Counted from the first letter of the stretch, positions 18,233 through 28,155 are shown. The stretch: 64,000 nt of DNA from Hyphomicrobiaceae bacterium (GCA_021730785.1 JAKFWF010000049.1:136025-200024); one strand, 5' to 3'. The notes: generated by a model not told the origin, from the letters alone. Program-made: numbers and translations.

Positions 18233-19566
18233 GCAACGGCTTCGTCCTCTTCCTGATGGCGTTCCTGTTCCTCGGGCTCGGCTACATGGGCGTGCCGGTG
18301 GCGTTCGCCTTGATGGCCGGCGTGCTGATCGCCACCGCCCTGACACCGATCAGTCTCGAGTCGATGATCGGGCAGATGTTCCACGGCATCGATTCCGAGA
18401 CGCTGCTGGCGGTGCCGTTCTTCCTGCTGGTCGGCGAACTGATGACGTCGGCCAACGTCACGCAGCGCATGGTCGCCTTGGCGCAGACGATGGTTGGGCA
18501 CATGCGCGGCGGCCTCGCCCAGGTGGTGACGGTATTCTCGATGTTCTTTGCCGGTATCTCCGGATCGTCGACCGCCGACGTCGCGGTGCTGTCGCGGACC
18601 GTCGCGCCCGAGATGGACCGCGAAGGCTATGACCGCGCCTTCACTGCGGCGCTCATCGCCTGCGCGTCCACCATGGCCAATCTGATCCCGCCGAGCATCA
18701 TGGCCGTCGTGTATGGCGCGACCGGCAACGTCTCGATCGGCGGCTTGTTTCTCGCCGGCATCGTGCCCGGACTGCTGGTCGGCATCGGGCTGATGATCTA
18801 CTCGCACTTCTTCGGGCCGGCCGGCGTCTTGAAGCAGCGCTCGACGTTTCGCGAGTTCGGCGTGGCCTTGCGGCAATCCTCGCTGCCGCTGATGATCCCG
18901 GTGATCATCATGGGCGGCATGCTGAGCGGCTGGTTCACGCCGACCGAAGCTGGCATGATCGCCTGCATCTACATTCTGTTCATACTGATCCCGCTGCTCA
19001 ACAGCGGGCACATCAAGTATCTGCCGCGCGATTTCATCTACACCGGCATGCTGTATGCGATCCCGCTGGCCGCCGTCGCCGGTGCCTCCGCCTTCGGCTG
19101 GATGCTCGCCTACCTGCGCGGCCCCGACATCGTCGCGAGCTGGATCGCCGACGTCGCCGGCACCGATCCGCGCCTGATCATGTTCTTCCTCGTCGTGCTG
19201 TTCGTCATCGTCGGCGATTTCGTCGATGCGGTGCCGGCAATCATCATTTTCATGCCGATCATCAACAGGCTGACCGAACTGGGCAGCATCAACGGCGTGC
19301 ACATGGGCTGCGTAATCATAACCACGCTGGTGTTCGGCCTGATCACGCCGCCGTACGGCCTGTCGTTGCTGGTGGCATCGAAATTCGTCGGCGTGGCCTT
19401 CACGCGGGCGATGCGCGCGTCGCTGCCTATCTATGTCGTGTTCATCTTCACGATCGCCTTCGTCGTGCTGCTGCCCGACGTGGTGCTCTATATGCCGAAG
19501 TGGCTGCTGCCGGAGAGCGTCGGCTGCTTCAAGAACCCGAGCGGGGCTGGGTACATCTGCCCGTGA
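18229..19566 (+). CDS. TRAP transporter large permease (DctM family)
   Basis: A 445-aa polytopic protein with typical DctM N-terminal blocks (PVAFALMAGVL ... VPFFLLVGELM). Confidence 0.9.
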   Translation: MSNGFVLFLMAFLFLGLGYMGVPVAFALMAGVLIATALTPISLESMIGQMFHGIDSETLLAVPFFLLVGELMTSANVTQRMVALAQTMVGHMRGGLAQVVTVFSMFFAGISGSSTADVAVLSRTVAPEMDREGYDRAFTAALIACASTMANLIPPSIMAVVYGATGNVSIGGLFLAGIVPGLLVGIGLMIYSHFFGPAGVLKQRSTFREFGVALRQSSLPLMIPVIIMGGMLSGWFTPTEAGMIACIYILFILIPLLNSGHIKYLPRDFIYTGMLYAIPLAAVAGASAFGWMLAYLRGPDIVASWIADVAGTDPRLIMFFLVVLFVIVGDFVDAVPAIIIFMPIINRLTELGSINGVHMGCVIITTLVFGLITPPYGLSLLVASKFVGVAFTRAMRASLPIYVVFIFTIAFVVLLPDVVLYMPKWLLPESVGCFKNPSGAGYICP

Positions 19567-19571
19567 GGGTC

Positions 19572-19784
19572 TTACCTGGACGTCGCCTTGAACACGCGGC
19601 CGAGCGGCGTGATGAACGTGCTGGTGGCGAGGCAGCGCTGGTAGGGCTTGGTGCAGTCGTTCTTGTCGCTGCGCATGGTCCAACACAGCTGCTTCAGCTC
19701 AGCACAAGTCTTGGCCGATGCGGCGCTGGCGCCGATGATGACGAGCATCGTTGTGAGGGCTGTAAAGCCGAGGGTCTTGCGCAT
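19572..19784 (-). CDS. small secreted 4-Cys protein (70-aa precursor)
   Basis: The ATG at 19784 is preceded by GGAGA with 6-nt spacing and third-position GC is very high. The signal peptide is MRKTLGFTALTTMLVIIGASAASA. The mature part, KTCAELKQLCWTMRSDKNDCTKPYQRCL..., has four Cys. Confidence 0.65.
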   Translation of the reverse strand: MRKTLGFTALTTMLVIIGASAASAKTCAELKQLCWTMRSDKNDCTKPYQRCLATSTFITPLGRVFKATSR

Positions 19785-19847
19785 GGGGCGTCTCCGGTTG
19801 GCGGGCGTTACCTTAAACATACGCAGGGCGTGGCGATTGGATCGCCG

Positions 19848-20798
19848 TCAGTTCACGTGGCACACGGCATAGCCGCCTTCGCGCAGCCGTTGCGGCGGGG
19901 TCGTGGAGCGGCAAAATTCCATCACGGCTGGGCATCGCGGTGCGAAAGGACAGCCGGCTGACTTCGCGAATGGATCGGGCGAGGCTGAGCCCAGTTTCGC
20001 GTCCGGTAGCCCAAGGCCCGGTTCGGGCGACAGAACGGAGGCCAGCAGTGCCTGCGTGTAGGGGTGCTTCGGTTCAGCAAACAGGTCCGCAACCGGTGCC
20101 AGTTCGACAACGCGGCCGAGGTACATCACCGCGACCCGGCTCGCCAGATGCTCGACCACGCCGAGATTATGGCTGATGAACACATAGGTGAGGCCGAGGT
20201 CGCGGCGCAGGTCCATCAGCAGATTGAGAATTTGGCTCTGCACCGACACGTCGAGTGCCGACGTCGGCTCGTCGCAGATCACGATCTCAGGTCTGGTGAC
20301 GAGCGCGCGCGCGATCGCAACACGCTGCCGCTGGCCGCCCGACAGCTGGTTTGGATAGTTGTCGGCAAAGCGCGCCGGCAGCCCCACCTGTTCCATCACG
20401 GCAAGCGCGCGGGCGCGGCGCTCGTCCACTGTGCCCATGCCCTGCACTTCCAGTGGAAGTGCGACGATCGAAGCGATGCGCCGGCGCGGATTGAGCGACG
20501 AGTAGGGGTCCTGGAACACTGGCTGCATGCGCCGTGCAAGTTCGCGCCGCGGCATCTGCGATACGTCGACGCCGCCCATTCGCATGGTGCCCGCGGTCGG
20601 CGGCAGAATGCCCAGCATCATGCGAGCGAGCGTCGATTTCCCGCAACCGGATTCACCGACGATGCCCAGCACCTCGCCACGCTTCACGTCGAGGTCGATG
20701 CCAGCGACGGCATGCAGCGTCGCGGCCCTGGAGAACATGCCGCGCGTCACGCTGAAGCTGCGAGTGAGCCCGCGCATTTCAAGCAGCGTCTCGCTCAT
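19848..20798 (-). CDS. peptide/nickel-type ABC transporter ATP-binding protein (DppF/OppF-like)
   Basis: Walker [10 protein letters not shown], signature LSGGQRQRV, Walker [13 protein letters not shown] and a C-terminal oligopeptide-type extension. ATGA overlap with the upstream gene. Confidence 0.9.
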   Translation of the reverse strand: MSETLLEMRGLTRSFSVTRGMFSRAATLHAVAGIDLDVKRGEVLGIVGESGCGKSTLARMMLGILPPTAGTMRMGGVDVSQMPRRELARRMQPVFQDPYSSLNPRRRIASIVALPLEVQGMGTVDERRARALAVMEQVGLPARFADNYPNQLSGGQRQRVAIARALVTRPEIVICDEPTSALDVSVQSQILNLLMDLRRDLGLTYVFISHNLGVVEHLASRVAVMYLGRVVELAPVADLFAEPKHPYTQALLASVLSPEPGLGLPDAKLGSASPDPFAKSAGCPFAPRCPAVMEFCRSTTPPQRLREGGYAVCHVN

Positions 20799-21778
20799 GA
20801 CGCCGCCGCCATCGGCATGCCGCGCACGCAGGCGAACATGTGATCCGGCGCGGCCATGAACTCCGGAACGTGGCCGGCACAGCGGTTGTCGGCGTGGCTG
20901 CAGCGCGAGCGGAACGCACAGCCGTCGATGCCGCCGACGAGTGACGGCACAACTCCCGGAATGGTGCCCAAATGCTCGCCGGCCATGATGCCAGGTCGTG
21001 GCAGGCAGGCAAGCAGCCCACGTGTGTAGGGGTGCTGCGGCGACGCGAACAGCGCAGCCGCAGGCGCGCTCTCGACGATGCGGCCCGCGTACATCACGTT
21101 CACGCGGGCAGCGATGCGGGCGACGATGCCCAGATCATGCGTGATCAACAGCAGCGCAACGCCGAGTTCCTTCTGCAGCTCCGCCAGCAGCCGCAGAATC
21201 TGCGCCTGGATCGTCACGTCGAGCGCCGTCGTCGGCTCATCGGCGATCAGCAGCGCGGGCTCGCACATCAAGGCCATGGCGATCATCACGCGCTGGCGCA
21301 GGCCGCCGGACAACTGGTGCGGATAGGCCGAAAGCCGCTCGGCAGCGCGCGCGATGCCGACGCGCTCCAGCAGATAGACCGCCCGTGCGCGAGCCTCGGT
21401 GGCGCTGGATCGCTTGTGCCGCTGGTGCACCTCCATCAGCTGCGTGCCGATGGTCCAGGCTGGATTGAGCGCCGTCATCGGCTCCTGAAAAATCATCGCC
21501 ATGCGGTTGCCGCGCAGCGCGTTGAGGGCAGATGGTTTCGCCAATTGCAGATCTTCACCGGCAAGCGCAATGCGGGCAGCGCGCGGCTTGGCTCCCTTCG
21601 GCAGCAGGCCCATCAAGGCAAGTGCGGTCATCGACTTGCCGCAGCCCGACTCGCCAACGATGCACACGGTCTCCGCCGCGCGCACGTCGAAGGAGATGCC
21701 GCGCACGGCCTGCAAGGTGCCGCGCGGCGTCGCGATATCGACCTGCAGATCGCGAACGTCGAGCACTGACGGCTTCAT
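20795..21778 (-). CDS. peptide/nickel-type ABC transporter ATP-binding protein (DppD/OppD-like)
   Basis: Walker [10 protein letters not shown], signature LSGGLRQRV, Walker [17 protein letters not shown] overlaps on both sides. Confidence 0.9.
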   Translation of the reverse strand: MKPSVLDVRDLQVDIATPRGTLQAVRGISFDVRAAETVCIVGESGCGKSMTALALMGLLPKGAKPRAARIALAGEDLQLAKPSALNALRGNRMAMIFQEPMTALNPAWTIGTQLMEVHQRHKRSSATEARARAVYLLERVGIARAAERLSAYPHQLSGGLRQRVMIAMALMCEPALLIADEPTTALDVTIQAQILRLLAELQKELGVALLLITHDLGIVARIAARVNVMYAGRIVESAPAAALFASPQHPYTRGLLACLPRPGIMAGEHLGTIPGVVPSLVGGIDGCAFRSRCSHADNRCAGHVPEFMAAPDHMFACVRGMPMAAAS

Positions 21779-22680
21779 GCGCGCCCCTCCGGCGCGAGGA
21801 CGTCTCGCAGGCCGTCACCGGCGAGATTGATGCCAAGCACCAGCAGGGCGAGCGCGGTGCCTGGAATGGCGATCAGCCAGAACGAGAAGAACATGAAGCT
21901 CTTGGCTTCCGCGATCATCAGCCCCCACGATGGCAGCGGCGGCTGTACGCCGAGGCCGAGGAACGACAACGCGGCCTCCAGCAGGATGGCGCTCCCGGCT
22001 TCCACGGTCGCCACCACGATCAGGTGCGGCAGCACGTTGGGCAGGATCTCGCCCACGATGACACGTGTGCGCGAGGCGCCGGCTGCTTCCGCCGCCGTCA
22101 CATAGTCGAGGGTGCGTACCTGTTGGGTCGCGCTGCGCATGACCACGGCGAAGCGATCCCATTTGAGCAGGCCAAGCGTCAGGATCACGACGATGAGCGA
22201 GCCGCCGACCACGGCGACCACGGCGAGCGCGACGAGCACCACCGGCATCGCCAGCCGCGCCGTGATGATGAAGTTGACCACCATGTCGACCCGGCCGCCG
22301 AAGTAGCCGGCCACCAGCCCGAGCGTGGTGCCGATGATGCCGGAAATGATCATCACCGCGACACCGATCAGCAGCGAGATGCGCGCGCCGTAGATCACGC
22401 GGCTGAGGTAGTCGCGGCCGAGGTTGTCGGTGCCGAGGATGTGGTTCCAACTGCCCTTGGCGTACCAGACCGGCGGCACGAGGCGCCGCGTCAGGTCCTG
22501 GTCGTAAGGGTCGTACGGGCTGAGCAGCGGGGCAGCAAACGCCATGATCGCGACGATGCCGATCAGGCTCAGCCCAATCACCAGGGCTGGCGTCGCCAGC
22601 ATGCGGGCGACGAGCGACGGGGCTGCGCGCAAGGGCTCGACCGGCGTCAATTGCATAGAGGGCGCGGTGACGTCGGTCAT
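21775..22680 (-). CDS. ABC transporter permease (DppC/OppC-like)
   Basis: The ATG at 22680 overlaps the stop of the upstream permease gene (ATGA). BPD-type transmembrane domain (LGTDNLGRDYLSRVIYGAR ... EAAGASRTRVIVGEILPNV). The 647-aa track ORF is an alternate-frame extension. Confidence 0.9.
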   Translation of the reverse strand: MTDVTAPSMQLTPVEPLRAAPSLVARMLATPALVIGLSLIGIVAIMAFAAPLLSPYDPYDQDLTRRLVPPVWYAKGSWNHILGTDNLGRDYLSRVIYGARISLLIGVAVMIISGIIGTTLGLVAGYFGGRVDMVVNFIITARLAMPVVLVALAVVAVVGGSLIVVILTLGLLKWDRFAVVMRSATQQVRTLDYVTAAEAAGASRTRVIVGEILPNVLPHLIVVATVEAGSAILLEAALSFLGLGVQPPLPSWGLMIAEAKSFMFFSFWLIAIPGTALALLVLGINLAGDGLRDVLAPEGRA

Positions 22681-23597
22681 GCTGCCACCCGCAGACGGGG
22701 ATCGAGGAAGGCGTTGAGCAGATCGGCGCACAGCGTCAGCAGCACGTAGATCAGCGACAGCAGCAGCAGGACGGCCTGGGTGACCGGGAAATCCTTGTGC
22801 GTGATCGACTGGTAGGCGAGGTAGCCCAGGCCATCGAGGGCAAAGATCGTCTCGATCACGATCGACCCGCCGAGCAGGATGCCGAGCTGCACCGCCGCCA
22901 GCGCGACGACCGGCACCAGCGCGTTGCGAAGTCCGTGCTTGAAGATCACGCTCGCAGTCGACAGCCCCTTGGCACGTGCCGTGCGGATGTAGTCGGCGCC
23001 GAGCACTTCGATCATGCCGGCCCGCACGAGGCGCATCAGCGGCGGCGTCACGAAGTAGCCGAGTGCAATCACCGGCATCACGAAATGTGCCCACGTGTCG
23101 GAGCCCGAAACGGGGAGCCACCGCAGCTGGATCGAGAAGATCATCATCAGCACGAGGGCGAAGAAGAAGTTCGGCAGCGCCTGTCCGGCGACCGCGACGG
23201 CGAGCGCGAAGCGATCGATGATACTGCCCTGGTAGACGGCGGCCAGCACACCGAGCGGGATCGCGAGTGCAAGGGCAAAGACGATGGCGAGTGCGCCGAC
23301 GATGAAGGTGGTCGGCAGCTTGGCGGCAATCAGCGCGGTGACGCTGGTTTTGAAGTATAGCGATTCGCCGAAGTCGCCGCTGGCGACCGTGCTGAGCCAG
23401 CTGAAGTATTGCACGGCCAGCGGCCGGTCGAGCCCGTAAGTCTTGCGCACCAGTTCGATGTCGGCGGCACGAGCCCCTTCGCCGGCAATGGCGAGCGCCG
23501 GATCGCCCGACAGGCGCAGGGCAGTGAACGCCACGGCCGACACGAACAGGGCGACCAGGATGGCAACCGCCAGTCGTTTCAATGCGAAAATGAGCAT
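22677..23597 (-). CDS. ABC transporter permease (DppB/OppB-like)
   Basis: MLIFALKRLAVAILVALFVS..., with the DYIRTARAKGL motif typical of DppB/OppB permeases. Confidence 0.9.
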   Translation of the reverse strand: MLIFALKRLAVAILVALFVSAVAFTALRLSGDPALAIAGEGARAADIELVRKTYGLDRPLAVQYFSWLSTVASGDFGESLYFKTSVTALIAAKLPTTFIVGALAIVFALALAIPLGVLAAVYQGSIIDRFALAVAVAGQALPNFFFALVLMMIFSIQLRWLPVSGSDTWAHFVMPVIALGYFVTPPLMRLVRAGMIEVLGADYIRTARAKGLSTASVIFKHGLRNALVPVVALAAVQLGILLGGSIVIETIFALDGLGYLAYQSITHKDFPVTQAVLLLLSLIYVLLTLCADLLNAFLDPRLRVAA

Positions 23598-23751
23598 GTG
23601 CGCGGGGTCTCGTCAGCCAACTCATGCCAGCCCTTCGGCGGCACTGACGCGATGTTCGCAGGGCCGATGCCCGGATGCAATCACAGAACAGCTTGTCCGT
23701 GACGATGGGCTCGGTCATGGTTGCCGGGCATCACTTCAGGACGAGTGAGAG

Positions 23752-23949
23752 ATGGGCGCTGATATCGTCAACCTGCGAACCGCTCGCAAGCGCAAGGTCC
23801 GTGCCGAACGTGAGGCACAGGCTGCGGAAAATCGCGCCCGGTTTGGACAGTCGAAAAGCGAGAAGCAGGCGCACCAGAAGTCCAGCGACCTGGATGCCCG
23901 CCGCCTCGACCAGGCCAAGCGGGAGGCGCGGAACGACGATGTCGACTGA
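23752..23949 (+). CDS. DUF4169-like small basic protein
   Basis: MGADIVNLRTARKRKVRAEREAQAAENRARFGQSKSEK... matches my memory of the DUF4169 N-terminal consensus (IVNLR.ARK...R..KE..A..NR..FG). Confidence 0.7.
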   Translation: MGADIVNLRTARKRKVRAEREAQAAENRARFGQSKSEKQAHQKSSDLDARRLDQAKREARNDDVD

Positions 23950-24199
23950 CGACGCGGGCCACGATGCGTCGGCTCGGGCGCGCCCCGTCAAGCGCTCGTT
24001 CTCGATCGCCGGCCACAAGACCTCGATCAGCCTTGAGGCGGCATTTTGGGAGGCGCTGCGCGAGGCTGCCGCCCGCGACAACGTCTCACTGGCGAGCCTC
24101 GTCCAGCGCATCGACCAGACGCGGGGCAGTGCCGGCCTGTCGAGTGCAGTCAGGGTCTGGCTGCTACGGGATGCGCGTCGCACTCACTTGCCGCTTTGA
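23939..24199 (+). CDS. ribbon-helix-helix (RHH_4-type) domain protein
   Basis: The ATG at 23939 overlaps the DUF4169 gene by 11 nt. KRSFSIAGHKTSISLEAAFWEALREAAARDNVSLASLVQRID is the RHH_4 pattern. Confidence 0.7.
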   Translation: MSTDDAGHDASARARPVKRSFSIAGHKTSISLEAAFWEALREAAARDNVSLASLVQRIDQTRGSAGLSSAVRVWLLRDARRTHLPL

Positions 24200-27100
24200 C
24201 GCTTGAACACGTCCTGCGTGCGCGAATTGTCGAGTTGTTGTGAGGAGGGGACTTGGCGCGGTTGCAACTCACGGCTGGTCGGCGGGCGCTGCTTGGGTCC
24301 GGCGACTGGCGGCAACGGTTCAATCGGCGTTGCGCCGGGCGTTCCGTTGGCCCCCTGCTGCGGAGCGGGCGTGAGCACCTGCGGCACACCACTTAGTGGC
24401 GCAGGCGCGATCGGACCGACGATTGCCGGCGGCGCCTGTGGCGCTGGAACCGCCGCAGGCGTGGCGGCCGGTTGGGCCGGTGCCGCCGATTGGATCGCGG
24501 CAGCAGCAGCCGCTGCCGCCCGGCGCTCCGCCTCGATTTTCGCCCGCTCCTCGTCAACGCGGCGCAGCCGTTCGAGTTCCTCGACGTCGCGTTCGATACG
24601 CCGGACGCTGAGTTCACGTACCAGCGAGTCGACCGATACGACCGGTTCCAACGCGCCAAGACTGGACAACGGGCCGACGAACACGATGGTGATCGGCGGC
24701 AGCGCCGCCAGCGTCTTGGTGCCGGGCACGGCAGGCTTGGAGCCGGGTTTTTCCAGCTGCTCTTCGAGTTTCCACTCACTGTCGATCTTCAACCTGGCCA
24801 GTTCGATCGTCGTGCGGTTGGTTGCCCGCCCTTCCGGCGTGGACAGCGTGAACGGGCGCATGGTGATCACGCCGTCGGCGATGTCGAACGCCAATTTGCG
24901 GTTGCCGAGCTCCACCCGCAATTCTGGCGCAGGATCGGCAATCAGCTCGACCACGCCCTGTTCGATCGCCTCGACCGTCACCGGCCGCCGGCCATTGACG
25001 GCGTCATCGCTCACCCGGCGCAGGATGAGCGGCGACATGCCGCCGGTTTCACCCTTGGCGACATCGATCTCGCCCTTGCCGGTCAGCGCCGCAACCAGGC
25101 TGCGCGGCGTCAGTCCGCGCCCACTCACGGTCGCCGTGACCGTGGCTTTCCCGCCCGGTGCCGATTTGCCCGCGCCAGTGCGGCCCGCCGGCAGCAGGTC
25201 GAGCCGCGCGCCGTCGACCTTCACGGTGCCGTTCAGGTTCGCACCGGCCGCGGCCTTTTCGACGAGCCAGCGCGACGTCATGCGGGTGCCCAGAAGATCG
25301 CCTTCGAGCGATACGATGTCGACCTTGCCGGGTGCGAATTCGCCGACGATGCTGCCGCGCGTCAGCACAAGTGCCGGCGTCAGATCGAGATCGGCAGCCT
25401 CGAGACGCACGCGGCCTTCGAACCGGTCCAGGATCGCGAAGTTGAACGTGGCTCCAGGCCAGATCTGGGACGAGGCATCGGGCTGTGCCGGGGCACGCGC
25501 ATCCGCCAATAGGTCGAACAGGCGTGGGATGCTGGCCTGCGAGGCAACAATGCGCCCTTCGATGCGATGGCGCTCCTGGCCCTGCACGCGCGTCACCAGC
25601 ACCTCGCCGCCGACGATGGCGCCGGCCACCTCGAGCGCCGACGGCGTGACTTTCAGTGTGCCGTCCTTCAAGGCGAGATCGACGGCGCCGTCGATGCCGA
25701 CAGCCGGCAGATTGGCGGCCGATAGGCCGAGTGCGGCAAGTGCCAGAGCAGCGTCGGCCGCCCGCACCTGCAATTCGCCTTCGGCCGATGTTATGGCGTC
25801 GCTGCCGAGCACCAGCCGCCCGGACAGCCCGGCGTCGAACGTCTCGTCTTCGAGCTTCAGGTAGCTGCTCAGCGATTGGTCCGGCTGGCCATCTGCCTTC
25901 AGCTGCAGCCTGGCGCGCGATGGACCAGCATCGACGGGGGGGGCGGGCTTTGCCGCGGCAGCACCTGTCTCTGGAGACCCAGACGTCAGGAACGCCCGAA
26001 CCTGCTGCCAATCGGGTCGTTCGATTGCGACAGTGAGCTGGAGGTTGTTCTGGCGCCAGTCGCGAACGCCACCGGCGAGCCGCACCGTGGCCGTCATGCG
26101 CCGGCCGAGCACCGCACCATCGAGCCAGATCTCCGCGGGCGAGCGCGACGACGGCTGGGCGTCCTTGGCGGCTTCCTTGTTGACCTCGCCGAAGCGCACC
26201 GTCCATGCCAGCCGGGCCAGAGCGAGTGTTTCCATGCGTTTCACGTGTGCCGCATCCGGCGTCTGTTCGAACAGTTCGACCAGTTCGCCAATGGCAGCTT
26301 TGTCGCTGACGCCGAGCGTGCCGCGCAGTCCGCCCCGCGCGCGCGCGCCGACGTTGCTGATTTCGCCTTCGGCATCGATTTCGAGGCCGTTGCCGCTGTT
26401 GAATCGCAGGCGCTGCAGGATCAGCCTGCCGTTGATCAAGGTGGCGTCGACATCGACAGCTCGCAGATCGCGATCGGCGTCGAGCAGCCGGCCGGCCCGA
26501 ATGCGCAGTGTGGCGTCCTGCTTTTGCACATCGAAAGCGAAGGGCGCCGCCTGGGCTGGATCGGCAGCCGGTGCAGGCGCCCCTCCGGTCACCTCGCGCA
26601 GCCGCGCTTTCAAATCGAGCGCGCGTGGCGACACGAGGCCAAGATCGATCTGGTCGCCCTCGATCACCACATCGAGCCGTGGCCGATCGGACCACCGGTA
26701 GGCGATGCCGCCGGTGATCACGGCGCTGCCGAGGCTGGCAAAGGCATCCTTGAACGCGATCGACTGCTGGCCGATGGCAAGCTTCGACTTGAGCGAGAAC
26801 ACCCCTTCGCTGCGGCCCTCGACGAGGGCCGCCCCGTGGCCGAACCAGGTCAGCAGCCGGGCGAGATTGGCACCCCGCAGGACGATGTCGCCATCGAAGG
26901 TATCTGCGGTCGGCAGCAGTCCCTTCAGTTGCGCCCGCGTGCCGCCCGGTAACCCCAGTTGCAAATCCGACAGCCGCACGACGCCATCGGAGCTTTCGAC
27001 CACCGCCGCCGCGCCGCCGAGCGACTCGCCACCCAGCGTCAACTGATCCGCCTTGAGCGAAGTCAGTCCCCGTCCGCGCGCCGGTGCCAGGGCGGTCAAT

Positions 27101-28155
27101 CCCGCCGCCAGACGCTGGAACGCTTCGGGTGGCTTGACGGCACCTTTGCCGCCCAGAAGCTGGTCGACGTCGATCCAGCGGGCGGTCAGCTCGGTCTGCA
27201 CGTCGATGGTGCCTTGCCAGGAAATCTTGGCGCTGCCGGCAACCAGCTGCGGTTTGCCGTCCTGTTCGAAGGCAAGTCCAAGGTCGGTGATCTGCGCAGC
27301 CTGCGTATCGGCGGTCACGGCGGCGCGCAATTCGATCGGTACCCGTGCCGGCGTGGCATCCGTCGCCGCGGCCGCGGCAACGCCGCCGATGGCGCTCGGC
27401 ATGAAGCCAAGCTGGCCAGTCAATTGGCCCTCGAGTCTGGCACGCCCCGACAAGTCGGCTAGTCGCCCATCGAACGTGTAGGTATTGGTCGTCGCCGGCA
27501 CGCTGACCTGCGCCTTCATGCGCAAGCCGCCATCGGCTTCGAAGGTGGTCGTCGATGCTTTCAGCTCATGGCGCGCGCCGGCCCAGTTGAAAACGCCCTT
27601 GAACTTGAAAGGGCCATCGAGCGCCGCGACATTGAGTTCGCCGGTGACGCCATCGACACGAACGAGCTCACGTCCGGTCGAATCATCGATCGACACCGTG
27701 CCCTCGGTGATCACCACGGACTGCAAGGCCACGTCGCTTGGAATGAACGGCAGCGCGGTCCGCGAGATCGACAAGGCTTGCCAGTTGCCGCCGCCTTCGG
27801 CATTCAGCCGCAACTTCAAGGTCGGCCGGCGCAGCTCGATTTCCCGGGCTTCGATCGCGCCGCGCAGGAGCGGGGCGGGCGACAGCCACAGCGTGAAATC
27901 ATCGGCCCGGAAAAAGGGCTCGCCGGTTTGTCCGACGACATCGGCCAAACGTACTTTCTCGAAGCGCACAAAGGGTGTCGGCAGGAGCCGCAGGTTGACG
28001 GTACCGGCCACCCGCACCTCGCGGCCGAGCACGCGCGAGGCTTCCTCCTCGAAGACGCCGCGGTAGCTCGTCCAGTCGACGAAGTGGGGCACCGCGAACA
28101 ATGCACAGAGCACTGCCACCAGGACACCACCGATCCACAGGAGAACGTTGTTCAT
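24184..28155 (-). CDS. AsmA-family outer-membrane-biogenesis protein (1323 aa) with a Pro/Ala-rich C-terminal tail
   Basis: The ATG at 28155 is preceded by GGGGAGG. It has an N-terminal TM anchor (LLWIGGVLVAVLCALFAV), a long beta-rich body, a C-terminal AsmA-like region, then a coiled segment and a PA-rich tail. Confidence 0.85.
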   Translation of the reverse strand: MNNVLLWIGGVLVAVLCALFAVPHFVDWTSYRGVFEEEASRVLGREVRVAGTVNLRLLPTPFVRFEKVRLADVVGQTGEPFFRADDFTLWLSPAPLLRGAIEAREIELRRPTLKLRLNAEGGGNWQALSISRTALPFIPSDVALQSVVITEGTVSIDDSTGRELVRVDGVTGELNVAALDGPFKFKGVFNWAGARHELKASTTTFEADGGLRMKAQVSVPATTNTYTFDGRLADLSGRARLEGQLTGQLGFMPSAIGGVAAAAATDATPARVPIELRAAVTADTQAAQITDLGLAFEQDGKPQLVAGSAKISWQGTIDVQTELTARWIDVDQLLGGKGAVKPPEAFQRLAAGLTALAPARGRGLTSLKADQLTLGGESLGGAAAVVESSDGVVRLSDLQLGLPGGTRAQLKGLLPTADTFDGDIVLRGANLARLLTWFGHGAALVEGRSEGVFSLKSKLAIGQQSIAFKDAFASLGSAVITGGIAYRWSDRPRLDVVIEGDQIDLGLVSPRALDLKARLREVTGGAPAPAADPAQAAPFAFDVQKQDATLRIRAGRLLDADRDLRAVDVDATLINGRLILQRLRFNSGNGLEIDAEGEISNVGARARGGLRGTLGVSDKAAIGELVELFEQTPDAAHVKRMETLALARLAWTVRFGEVNKEAAKDAQPSSRSPAEIWLDGAVLGRRMTATVRLAGGVRDWRQNNLQLTVAIERPDWQQVRAFLTSGSPETGAAAAKPAPPVDAGPSRARLQLKADGQPDQSLSSYLKLEDETFDAGLSGRLVLGSDAITSAEGELQVRAADAALALAALGLSAANLPAVGIDGAVDLALKDGTLKVTPSALEVAGAIVGGEVLVTRVQGQERHRIEGRIVASQASIPRLFDLLADARAPAQPDASSQIWPGATFNFAILDRFEGRVRLEAADLDLTPALVLTRGSIVGEFAPGKVDIVSLEGDLLGTRMTSRWLVEKAAAGANLNGTVKVDGARLDLLPAGRTGAGKSAPGGKATVTATVSGRGLTPRSLVAALTGKGEIDVAKGETGGMSPLILRRVSDDAVNGRRPVTVEAIEQGVVELIADPAPELRVELGNRKLAFDIADGVITMRPFTLSTPEGRATNRTTIELARLKIDSEWKLEEQLEKPGSKPAVPGTKTLAALPPITIVFVGPLSSLGALEPVVSVDSLVRELSVRRIERDVEELERLRRVDEERAKIEAERRAAAAAAAAIQSAAPAQPAATPAAVPAPQAPPAIVGPIAPAPLSGVPQVLTPAPQQGANGTPGATPIEPLPPVAGPKQRPPTSRELQPRQVPSSQQLDNSRTQDVFKRQSGK

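Noticed and set aside
16535-18346. 603-aa minus-strand ORF spanning the TRAP dctP/dctQ region
   Set aside because: It is antisense to three well-supported TRAP genes. Its composition is Arg/Gly/His/Asp-rich and low-complexity, typical of antisense frames in high-GC DNA. It has no recognisable motifs.
18091-19686. 531-aa minus-strand ORF antisense to the DctM permease gene
   Set aside because: Same high-GC artefact (H/R/D/Q-rich, no hydrophobic core). The plus-strand DctM reading is unambiguous.
22681-23718. Upstream 346 aa of the 647-aa minus-strand track ORF (21775-23718)
   Set aside because: It overlaps the DppB-like permease gene in another frame and is Arg/Pro/Gly-rich. The true DppC-like start is the ATG at 22680, which overlaps the DppB stop.
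23752-24199. DUF4169/RHH pair as a type II toxin-antitoxin module
   Set aside because: RHH is a common antitoxin fold, but the partner is a 65-aa highly basic protein with no recognisable toxin fold. The gene order and size do not match any known TA family I can name, so I reported it only as an uncharacterised coupled pair.
24203-26695. Several long alternate-frame and antisense ORFs within the asmA-family gene (for example 24203-25864 plus strand, 25049-26695 minus strand)
   Set aside because: They are Ser/Arg/Pro/Ala-rich low-complexity translations. The AsmA frame runs continuously for 1323 aa, has an SD-supported start and begins with an N-terminal TM anchor.
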